Below are positions 18,685 to 26,768 of a DNA stretch of 64,000 nt, one piece after another (the first letter of the stretch is position 1; every line of letters starts with the position of its first letter). The DNA lies in assembly GCA_040772485.1 (NCBI GenBank), contig JAXGYC010000007.1, positions 992,001-1,056,000 on the forward strand, in the 5' to 3' direction. The notes under the pieces are model-generated. The model ran no database searches and was not told the DNA's origin. It saw only the letters and a list, made by a program, of their open reading frames with translations. Source of the DNA: Sedimentisphaerales bacterium. GTDB lineage: Bacteria > Planctomycetota > Phycisphaerae > Sedimentisphaerales > Anaerobacaceae. The position numbers were made by a program, and so were the translations under genes.

Positions 18685-20994
18685 ATGTGGAACAAGACGT
18701 ACTGCTCGATCCTGCTTCTGCTCACGTTGAGCTTCTCTGGGGGCGGCGCCAGAGCCGGCGACACAACCCTCGTCGGCTGGTGGCCGTTTGACGGCGACAC
18801 CCTGGACTATTCCGGAAACGGAAACCACGGCACCGTCGTCGGAAGCCCGACGTTTGTCGCGGGCATCGTGGGGACAGGAGCCCTGGATTTCGGCGGCGCA
18901 GACGCGGTCGAGATTCCTCATAGCGACAGCCTTTCCATCACCGACGCCATCACCATCGCCGCCTGGACGTATATGAGGTCGAACGCCAGTGGCGAGATGG
19001 CGATCGTCAGCAAAGGAAGCTGGGCGGCAAACAACCTGCCGTATGAGCTGACCGAGGAGAATGGAGGCGTGATCTTCTGGCAGTTCTACGACACCGAAGG
19101 ACGTGATACCTGTTCGCCCGCCTCGCCGGCCGCCGGCGAATGGCACCACATCGCCGCGACGTACGATAGCACGATCTTCAAATGCTATATCGACGGACAA
19201 TTGGGAGAAGAGTGGGCCTATGCCGGAACGATGCCGCAGAATACGTTGCCGGTGACCATCGGACGGCGTAGCGGAGGCGGGACCTTCTATAACGGGATGA
19301 TCGACGATGTAGCGATCTTCCATCGGGCCCTGGAGCAAAATGAGATCGCCAAGCTCATGACAGGCATAAAAGCGCTGGAGCTGGCGGCCGATCCGATTCC
19401 CGAAGACGGGGCGGTGGATGTACGCCGTGACGTGGTGCTCCAATGGACGGCGGGCAGGTTCGCGAGTACCCATGATGTCTACTTCGGCACGCAGTTCGAT
19501 GATGTCAACACGGCCGGACGGGCCAACCCCCAAGGCGTCCTGGTCAGCCGAAGCCAGGCGGCTGCCGCGTACGACCCCGAGGGTTTGCTGGATTTCCAGA
19601 CCACCTACTACTGGCGTGTGGACGAGGTCAATGCTCCGCCGGATTCGACCGTCTTCCGAGGCCCGCTCTGGAGCTTCACGACGGAACCGTTTGCCTATCC
19701 GGTAGAGAACGTCGTCGCCACAACGAACGCGACATCGACCACCACCGAGAGCGTCGCGAACATCGTCAACGGTTCGGGGCTGGACGCCGCGGACCAGCAC
19801 TCCACCAAGAGCACCGACATGTGGCTCGGGAAGCCCGCCGACGGCGACCCCATATGGGTTCAATTCGAGTTCGACCGCGTCTACAAGCTCCACGAGCTTT
19901 GGGTGTGGAACTACAATGTGGAGTTCGAGTTGCTTCTCGGTTTCGGGATCAAGAACGTGACGGTCGAGTATTCCACGGATGCGGCGGCTTGGGCCAGTCT
20001 TGGTGACGTCGAACTGGCCCGGGGCGCCGCCAAGTCCGCGTACGCGCACAACACAACCGTGGATCTCGGCGGGGTAGCGGCCAGGTACATCAGGCTGACG
20101 GTCAACAGCGGATTCGGCGTGCTCTCGCAGTACGGGCTCAGCGAGGTCCGGTTCATGTACATCCCGGCGTTTGCTCGCGAGCCGGAGCCGGCGGACGGGG
20201 CGGCAGGAATGGACGTCGAGGGAACGCTGAGCTGGCGGCCGGGACGCGAGGCGGTCTCGCACAACGTCTATCTGGGCGCCGATCCGGCGAATCTGGTCCT
20301 GGCCGGGACGGTTGACGCGGCGAGCTTCCAGCCGGATGACCTCGTCTTCGGCAACGTCTACTACTGGCAGGTTGACGAGGTCAACGCCGCCGCCAGCCCC
20401 GACACGTGGCAAGGCGACCTGTGGAGCTTCACGACCGCTGAGTATGCGACGATCGACGACATCGAAGCCTACACCGATGACATCGACGCCGGCCAGGCCG
20501 TCTTCCAGAACTGGATCGACGGCTGGACCAACAACACCGGATCGACCACCGGCTACACGGATGCCCCGTTTGCCGAGAAGGCGACCGTTCACGGTGGCCG
20601 CCAGTCGATGCCCGTGAGCTACGACAACACCTCAGCCCCGTTCTATTCCGAGATTTCGCGGACGTGGGACAGCCCGCAGGACTGGACCGGCCACGGCGCC
20701 AACGCGCTGGTGCTGTATTTCTACGGCGCCGAGGGCAACGCCGCCGAGACGCTGTACGTGGCGGTCGAGGACAGCGCCGGTCAGGTCGCGGTCGTTGCGC
20801 ATCCTGATCCCGAGGCGCTGAGGGTCGCCGCCTGGCAGTCCTGGACGGTCCCCTATAGCGAGCTGGCGGGCGTGAACATGGCGCGGGTCGAGACGATGTA
20901 CATCGGCGTCGGCAACCGCGCCACCCCGACCGCCGGCGGCAGCGGCCTGCTGTTCATCGACGACATCGGCTACGGCGCGCCCTTGGCCGAGTGA
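18685..20994 (+). CDS. Secreted LamG-like + discoidin domain protein
   Basis: Signal peptide; LamG motifs LVGWWPFDG, WHHIAATYD, GMIDDVAIF; C-terminal ~530 aa homologous to the upstream gene. Confidence 0.85.
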   Translation: MWNKTYCSILLLLTLSFSGGGARAGDTTLVGWWPFDGDTLDYSGNGNHGTVVGSPTFVAGIVGTGALDFGGADAVEIPHSDSLSITDAITIAAWTYMRSNASGEMAIVSKGSWAANNLPYELTEENGGVIFWQFYDTEGRDTCSPASPAAGEWHHIAATYDSTIFKCYIDGQLGEEWAYAGTMPQNTLPVTIGRRSGGGTFYNGMIDDVAIFHRALEQNEIAKLMTGIKALELAADPIPEDGAVDVRRDVVLQWTAGRFASTHDVYFGTQFDDVNTAGRANPQGVLVSRSQAAAAYDPEGLLDFQTTYYWRVDEVNAPPDSTVFRGPLWSFTTEPFAYPVENVVATTNATSTTTESVANIVNGSGLDAADQHSTKSTDMWLGKPADGDPIWVQFEFDRVYKLHELWVWNYNVEFELLLGFGIKNVTVEYSTDAAAWASLGDVELARGAAKSAYAHNTTVDLGGVAARYIRLTVNSGFGVLSQYGLSEVRFMYIPAFAREPEPADGAAGMDVEGTLSWRPGREAVSHNVYLGADPANLVLAGTVDAASFQPDDLVFGNVYYWQVDEVNAAASPDTWQGDLWSFTTAEYATIDDIEAYTDDIDAGQAVFQNWIDGWTNNTGSTTGYTDAPFAEKATVHGGRQSMPVSYDNTSAPFYSEISRTWDSPQDWTGHGANALVLYFYGAEGNAAETLYVAVEDSAGQVAVVAHPDPEALRVAAWQSWTVPYSELAGVNMARVETMYIGVGNRATPTAGGSGLLFIDDIGYGAPLAE

Positions 20995-21012
20995 TCGCAA
21001 AAGAAACGGATT

Positions 21013-21042
21013 GGCAGGGGCGAGGTATGCCTCGCCCCTGCC
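21013..21042. repeat. REP-like palindrome, copy 2
   Basis: ggcaggggcgaggtatgcctcgcccctgcc, one mismatch to copy 1. Confidence 0.85.
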
Positions 21043-21237
21043 GCCATCCGCTGGGCGGAACGTGTTTGAGAGTATCCCGGCTGGCGTGTGGAAGCCTCAA
21101 ACGCGACAGCGTCTGGGGATGGGAGACGGCGGGACAAATCTCGAAAGGTTTTGCTGGCCAGGACGGCAACCCTGTGGTATAGTCTGCTCCGGCAGAGTCA
21201 AAACGCTCTCCGACTCGGAAACGAAGGTATCTTTTAC

Positions 21238-21335
21238 CGGCCGGGTCCCATGCAAGCCGAGCCCGTGAACCTGGTCAGGCGGGGAACCGAGCAGCCATAA
21301 GCGGCAGCTTGGTTGTGTGTGGGTAAACCCGGCCG
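21238..21335 (+). ncRNA. ffs: Signal recognition particle RNA (small bacterial 4.5S)
   Basis: Terminal stem cggccggg/cccggccg; helix-8 signature TCAGG-cgg-GGAA-ccg-AGCAGC; T-run after; upstream of dnaX as is typical. Confidence 0.93.
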
Positions 21336-21341
21336 ATCTTT

Positions 21342-21376
21342 TTTCGATTTACGACTTACGATTTTCGATTGACTAT
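21342..21376 (+). repeat. Heptamer tandem array (TTWCGAT-like x5)
   Basis: tttcgat ttacgac ttacgat tttcgat tgactat. Confidence 0.85.
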
Positions 21377-21396
21377 TTCGTCAAAGAGAGAATCCG

Positions 21397-21753
21397 GTGG
21401 ATCGTGATGAGCTGAAAGCAAGAACAAAGGACTTCGCACACCGATGCGTGAAGTTGGCCATAGCACTTCCCGAGACGCCACTTGGGCGACATGCTCGTTC
21501 GCAACTGATTCGCTGTTCAACAAGTGTAGCGGCCAACTATCGAGCGGCTTGTGTCGCTCAATCGAGAGCCGCCTTCGTTTCTAAGCTGAGTATTGTCGTT
21601 GAGGAGGCCGATGAATCGTGCTTCTGGATGGAGTTCGTCAAGGATGAAGCCCTGATTGCAGGGAAGATGATTGCCCCGCTGCTTTGCGAGGGTGAAGAGT
21701 TGACGTCGATCTTCGTGGCGGCACGGCGTACGACAAGAAGCAATAGTAAATAG
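21397..21753 (+). CDS. Four helix bundle protein (23S rRNA IVP-like family)
   Basis: QLIRCSTSVAANYRAAC.AQSRAAFVSKLSIVVEEADESCFWME; 118 aa. Confidence 0.92.
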   Translation: MDRDELKARTKDFAHRCVKLAIALPETPLGRHARSQLIRCSTSVAANYRAACVAQSRAAFVSKLSIVVEEADESCFWMEFVKDEALIAGKMIAPLLCEGEELTSIFVAARRTTRSNSK

Positions 21754-21773
21754 TAGATCGTAGATAGAAAATC
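21743..21773 (+). repeat. Heptamer tandem array, inverted relative to 21342-21376
   Basis: atagtaa atagtag atcgtag atagaaa atc; the reverse complement of TTACGAT is ATCGTAA. Confidence 0.8.
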
Positions 21774-21776
21774 CTC

Positions 21777-23423
21777 ATGGCTTATACCGTTCTGGCAAGG
21801 AAGTATCGGTCGCAGACGTTTGACGACGTGGTCGGGCAGGACCCGATCTCCAAGACGCTCAAGAACGCGATCGAGACGGGGCGCGTCGCTCATGCGTATC
21901 TTTTCTCGGGCACGCGTGGCGTCGGCAAGACCACGATGGCCCGCATTCTGGCCAAGGCTCTCAACTGCCTGAAATCCGACGGGCCGACGACGACCCCCTG
22001 CTGCAAGTGCGACAGTTGCGTGGCCATCAACAGCGGAGAGGATATCGACGTCATCGAGATCGACGGCGCCTCGAACAACCGCGTGGATGAGATCCGCGAG
22101 CTGCGCGAAAACGCGATCTACCGGCCCGCCCGGGCCCGCTACAAGATCTACATCATCGACGAAGTGCACATGCTGACGACGCAGGCGTTCAACGCGCTGC
22201 TCAAGACGCTGGAAGAGCCGCCGGAGCATGTGAAATTCATCTTCGCAACGACCGAGCCCAACAAGGTCATCGCGACGATCCAGTCGCGGTGCCAGCGGTT
22301 CGACTTCAGCAACATCAACGCCAGGCAGATCGCCGACCAGCTCAAGAGCATCCTCAAGAAAGAGAAGATCAAGTATCAGGATGACCTCGTGCTGGCTCTG
22401 GCGAAGATGGCCAACGGGTCGATGCGTGACGGCCTGAGCCTGCTGGATCGTCTCATCAGCACGGGGATTCAGCCCCTGTCGGTGGACCTGCTGGAGGACT
22501 TCCTCGGCCGGCCCAACGCGGAGAAGGTCCAGATGCTTGTGGCTAAGATTGGCGACGGCGACGCGGCCGGCACGCTCGTAGCCACGGAGGACCTGATCAA
22601 CACGGGCCTGGGTGAGGCGCAGATCGTCGACGCTTTGACGGACCAGATGCGCGATCTGCTGGTGATCGCTTCGGCCGGGGTCGACACCGATCTGCTGATT
22701 ATGACGGCCGACCAGAAAGAGAAAGCCGCTGAGTTGGCGAAGAAATTTGACACCGCGGCGCTGATCTACAACATCACCGCGCTCGAGAAGCTCCGCTGGG
22801 CCGTCAAGAACAGCGATACGCCGAGGGCTTTGCTCGACGCCTCTCTGTTGCGGTTCGCGCTGAGCGAGCACTTCATCAACGTCGATGAGCTGCTGGCTCG
22901 TTCGTCGGGCGGCGCCGGCGCACCGGTCAAAAAAAAACTCCCGGTAGAGCCTGAGCCTGCCCCTGCAATCCTGTCCATCCCGTCCAAGTCGGCCGCACCC
23001 CAGCCCGCTGTCGTACCCGTCGCCCACGCAGAGGCGCCTGTGGAGAACCCGGCCGAGTCGTGGCCCGAGGTCCTCGGCAAGATCGCCAAGCGGCTCGGTC
23101 CGGCCACGACCGGCCTGCTGACCGGATCGAGCCTCAAAGGCATCGCCGGCAACACGCTGACAATCGAGTTTCCGCCGACCGGCAAGACGCAGAAGCAGAT
23201 GTGCGAGAGCAACGGGCGAGGCGACCAGATCGCGGAAACCTTGGGGGAGTACCTGGGGCGAGCCGTTCGCGTCAAATTCACGGTGGCACCGTCTCCTGCG
23301 TCCGACGCAGAACCCGAACGCAAGCCTATCGCGGAACGACAGCGTCAGATCCTCAGCGATCCCGGCGTCAAGACCGTCCTCATGGAACTGGGCGCTACCG
23401 TCACCGGGATCGAAGAGGAATAG
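21777..23423 (+). CDS. dnaX: DNA polymerase III subunit gamma/tau
   Basis: LARKYR, GTRGVGKTT, Zn-binding Cys cluster, IIDEVHML, SRCQRF, GSMRDGLS. Confidence 0.97.
   Translation: MAYTVLARKYRSQTFDDVVGQDPISKTLKNAIETGRVAHAYLFSGTRGVGKTTMARILAKALNCLKSDGPTTTPCCKCDSCVAINSGEDIDVIEIDGASNNRVDEIRELRENAIYRPARARYKIYIIDEVHMLTTQAFNALLKTLEEPPEHVKFIFATTEPNKVIATIQSRCQRFDFSNINARQIADQLKSILKKEKIKYQDDLVLALAKMANGSMRDGLSLLDRLISTGIQPLSVDLLEDFLGRPNAEKVQMLVAKIGDGDAAGTLVATEDLINTGLGEAQIVDALTDQMRDLLVIASAGVDTDLLIMTADQKEKAAELAKKFDTAALIYNITALEKLRWAVKNSDTPRALLDASLLRFALSEHFINVDELLARSSGGAGAPVKKKLPVEPEPAPAILSIPSKSAAPQPAVVPVAHAEAPVENPAESWPEVLGKIAKRLGPATTGLLTGSSLKGIAGNTLTIEFPPTGKTQKQMCESNGRGDQIAETLGEYLGRAVRVKFTVAPSPASDAEPERKPIAERQRQILSDPGVKTVLMELGATVTGIEEE
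22929..22937 (+). other. A9 putative slippage/frameshift site in dnaX
   Basis: AAA AAA AAA after codon 384; stops at 22945-22947 and 22952-22954 in the two shifted frames. Confidence 0.7.
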
Positions 23424-23607
23424 CTCCGCCAAGTGGGGGGAACCATCCCCAAGTCCTGCGGACTTCAGGCTGCCACCCCGTATGTTGGAAAAGCAGGTGC
23501 TCGAACTTTCCGCGCAGACGTGCTATGCTACCCTGAGCCGGCAGGTGCCGTGCGCTGGCTTCGCGCAGAGGATGATGCCGTATAGACAGATTCACAAAGG
23601 AGATCCG

Positions 23608-24957
23608 ATGAACACGCCGCACGCTGTCTCTCGCCGGACTTTCGTCAAGCGGTCGCTCGCTACGGCAACGGGCTTGGGCCTCTGGGGCACGAACCGATCC
23701 TGGGCCGGGGCCAACAACCGGGTCCGAATCGCCGTCGTAGGCATCCGAGGCCACGGCTTCGGCAGTCACATCAGGAACTACCCTCTCTTGCCCGATGTCG
23801 AAGTGGCCGCCCTTTGTGACGTGGACGAGACCCTCTTCCCCGAGCGGCTCAAGTGGTTTGAACAGAACGACAAGGCTCTCCCCAAGACCTACGTCGACAT
23901 CCGCAAGCTGCTCGAAGACAAAAGCATCGACGCGATCAGCGTCGCCACGCCCAACCACTGGCACGCGCTGGCGGGCGTGTGGGCCTGCCAGGCGGGCAGA
24001 CACGCCCACATCGAGAAGCCGTTCTGTCACAACATCTTCGAGGGGCAGAAGCTGATCGAGGCAGCGAGGAAGTACCACCGCGTAGTGCATCACGGCACCG
24101 AGAGCCGCAGTTCGAAGGCGTATCAGGAGGCGATGGCGTTTCTGCGAAACGGTGGTCTGGGCGAGGTCTACCTAGCCAAGGGCACCTGCTACAAATGGCG
24201 CGACACAATCGGACGCACGCCGGAAGAGCCTGTGCCGGCCGGCGTCCACTACGACCTGTGGCTGGGTCCGGCCCCGAAGCGGCCGTTCACGCGGAACCGC
24301 TTCCATTACAACTGGCACTGGCATTGGGACTACGGCAACGGCGACATCGGCAATCAAGGTGTGCACGAGATCGACATCGCCCGATGGGGACTTGATGTCA
24401 CACTACCGACTCGCGTCACGGCCATGGGCGCCCACGTGATGTTCGACGACGATCAGGAGACGCCCAACGTGCTGATGGCCACGTACGAATTCGACAATCC
24501 GAACGGTCGCGGCGACAAGAAAAAGATCCTCCAGTTCGAGGTCCGCCATTGGATCACCAACTACGAGGGCGGCTTCGGCGAACCGCCGGACAACAACATC
24601 GGCAACATCTTCTATGGCTCCGAAGGCTACATGACGATGTACGGGGGACGCTGGCAGACCTTCCTGGGCAGGAAGCGCGAGCCCGGCCCCTCCGGCGTCG
24701 AACAAGGCAATACGGATCGCGCCCACTATCAGAACTTTATCGACGCCATACGGGCCAACGACGCATCCGGTCTGCCCGGCAAGGTCGAAGACGGCCACCA
24801 TAGCTGCGCCCTGATCCATATGGCCAACACCTCCTACCGGCTGGGCCGCTCACTGGACTTCGACCCCAAGCGGCAGCGATATGTCAACGACGACGAAGCC
24901 AACCGAATGTTGACGCGCGACTACCGAAGCCCCTTCGTAGTCCCGGCGAGCGTTTAG
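23608..24957 (+). CDS. Gfo/Idh/MocA oxidoreductase, Tat signal
   Basis: SRRTFVK; VATPNHWH; IEKP; GNQGVHEID; AAGGAG RBS before ATG 23608. Confidence 0.9.
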   Translation: MNTPHAVSRRTFVKRSLATATGLGLWGTNRSWAGANNRVRIAVVGIRGHGFGSHIRNYPLLPDVEVAALCDVDETLFPERLKWFEQNDKALPKTYVDIRKLLEDKSIDAISVATPNHWHALAGVWACQAGRHAHIEKPFCHNIFEGQKLIEAARKYHRVVHHGTESRSSKAYQEAMAFLRNGGLGEVYLAKGTCYKWRDTIGRTPEEPVPAGVHYDLWLGPAPKRPFTRNRFHYNWHWHWDYGNGDIGNQGVHEIDIARWGLDVTLPTRVTAMGAHVMFDDDQETPNVLMATYEFDNPNGRGDKKKILQFEVRHWITNYEGGFGEPPDNNIGNIFYGSEGYMTMYGGRWQTFLGRKREPGPSGVEQGNTDRAHYQNFIDAIRANDASGLPGKVEDGHHSCALIHMANTSYRLGRSLDFDPKRQRYVNDDEANRMLTRDYRSPFVVPASV

Positions 24958-24989
24958 CCGAACCTATCACCGGAGAACCGAGAGAGTCT

Positions 24990-25595
24990 ATGAGCAGTGC
25001 ATACACGGAAAGCCTGAACAAGCTGATCGAAGAATTCGGCCGGCTTCCCGGCATCGGCCCCAAGACCGCCGAGCGGTTGGCGTTCTTCATCCTCAAGACC
25101 GATGCGCCCGAGGCAATGAAGCTGGCCGACGCCATACGGGACGTCAAGACCCGGATCAAACGCTGCAAGGTCTGCTGGAACCTGTCTGAAGAGGACGTGT
25201 GCCAGATCTGCGCCGACCCGCAACGGGATCAGAGCCTGATCTGCGTGGTGGAGCAGCCCAAGGACGTCATCAGTCTGGAAAAGACCGGCACGTGCAAATG
25301 GCTGTACCACGTTCTGGGCGGCCATATCGCGCCGCTCGATGGAGTCGAGGCGGACGACCTGACGATCAACCAGCTCGTCGAGCGAATCCGCGGCGGGCAG
25401 GTGCGGGAGGTTGTCATGGCGACGAACCCCAATCTGGAGGGCGACGGCACATCGCTGTACATCAGCTCGCTGCTGCGTCCGCTCGGGGTGCGGATCACGC
25501 GGCTGGCCCGAGGTCTGCCGACCGGATCGACGATCGAATACGCCAGTGGCAGGATCCTGACCGACGCCATCCTCGGACGGCAGGAACTGGAATAG
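24990..25595 (+). CDS. recR: Recombination protein RecR
   Basis: LPGIGPKTAERLA, C4 zinc finger, TOPRIM ICVVE...ATNPNLEGD, RLARGLP. Confidence 0.97.
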   Translation: MSSAYTESLNKLIEEFGRLPGIGPKTAERLAFFILKTDAPEAMKLADAIRDVKTRIKRCKVCWNLSEEDVCQICADPQRDQSLICVVEQPKDVISLEKTGTCKWLYHVLGGHIAPLDGVEADDLTINQLVERIRGGQVREVVMATNPNLEGDGTSLYISSLLRPLGVRITRLARGLPTGSTIEYASGRILTDAILGRQELE

Positions 25596-25643
25596 AAACC
25601 GGCGCCAGCGCCGCGTCGGATGGAGAAAGGAGGCACGAGAATC

Positions 25644-26744
25644 ATGGCGACTCAGGGACGCGTGAAAGTCGGAATCATCGGCTCGCAGTTCGAGGCGGAC
25701 ATTCACGCCGCATCGTTTCAGATCATGCCGGATGAGGCGGAGGTCGTGGCGGTCGCATCGCCGACGCCCGGACACGCCACAGCCCTGGCGGAACGATATA
25801 AGATTCCGCGCGTCTTCACCGACTACCGGCAGATGCTCGAAGAAGACGACATCGAGATGGTGACGATCACCGCTCCCAATGCGCTGCACTGCCAGATGAC
25901 TGTCGACATCGCCAACGCCGGAAAGCATGTGGTCTGCGAAAAACCTCTGTGCATGACGCTCGAAGAGGCAGACCTCATGATCGACACGTGCCGGCGCAAA
26001 GGCGTTCTCCTGATGTACGCGGAGGAACTCTACTTCACGCCGAAGTACGTCAAGGCCAAAGAGATGGCCGACCAGGGGGCGTTCGGCAAGGTCTATCTCG
26101 TCAAGCAGAGCGAGAAACACTTCGGGCCGCACGCAGAGTGGTTCTGGGATGTGTCCCGATCGGGGGGAGGGGTCTTCATGGACATGGGCTGTCACGGCAT
26201 CGCCTTCTGCTGGTGGTTTCTCGGCCGGCCCAGGATCAGGAACGTCTACTGCCAGATGGGCACCTACGTCCACAGCGACAAGACCAAGGGCGAGGACAAC
26301 TCCGTCTGCATCATCGAGTTCGCGAACGACGCGGTCGGGCTGATCGAGGACAGTTGGGCTCGTCGCGGCGGCATGGAAGACCGGATCGAGGTCTACGGCG
26401 AGGGCGGCGTGACGCACGCGGACCTGCACATGGGCAACGCACTGCCGACCTACAGCGAGTACGGCTACGGCTACGCCGTGGAGAAGGCGCCGACGACCAA
26501 GGGCTGGACGTGGCCGGTCTTCGAGGAGCTGTGGAACTATGGCTTCCCGCAGGAGATGCACCACTTCTCGCGGTGTGTCCGAGGCAAGGAGACACCTCAG
26601 GCGACCGGTGAAGACGGCCGGGTGGTGCAGGAGGCACTTTGCGCGGGCTATCAATCAGCCGGAACCGGCAAGAAGACCGCCCTTCCGTTCCGGCCGCAAG
26701 GCGTCAAGAGGCCCATCGACTTGTGGCGGAATCCCAAGACGTAA
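25644..26744 (+). CDS. Gfo/Idh/MocA oxidoreductase
   Basis: KVGIIG, PNALH, GKHVVCEKP, GGGVFMDMGCH. Confidence 0.9.
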   Translation: MATQGRVKVGIIGSQFEADIHAASFQIMPDEAEVVAVASPTPGHATALAERYKIPRVFTDYRQMLEEDDIEMVTITAPNALHCQMTVDIANAGKHVVCEKPLCMTLEEADLMIDTCRRKGVLLMYAEELYFTPKYVKAKEMADQGAFGKVYLVKQSEKHFGPHAEWFWDVSRSGGGVFMDMGCHGIAFCWWFLGRPRIRNVYCQMGTYVHSDKTKGEDNSVCIIEFANDAVGLIEDSWARRGGMEDRIEVYGEGGVTHADLHMGNALPTYSEYGYGYAVEKAPTTKGWTWPVFEELWNYGFPQEMHHFSRCVRGKETPQATGEDGRVVQEALCAGYQSAGTGKKTALPFRPQGVKRPIDLWRNPKT

Positions 26745-26768
26745 TCCACCTGTCTCGCGGTGATTCGT

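Noticed and set aside
17580..20994. Near-identical paralog 3' ends as DGR template/variable repeats
   Set aside because: Both copies are coding, and the differences look mostly synonymous rather than adenine-specific
21342..21773. Heptamer arrays as CRISPR or as part of a DGR
   Set aside because: No spacers or cas genes; no reverse transcriptase or adenine-specific TR/VR pair seen in the window
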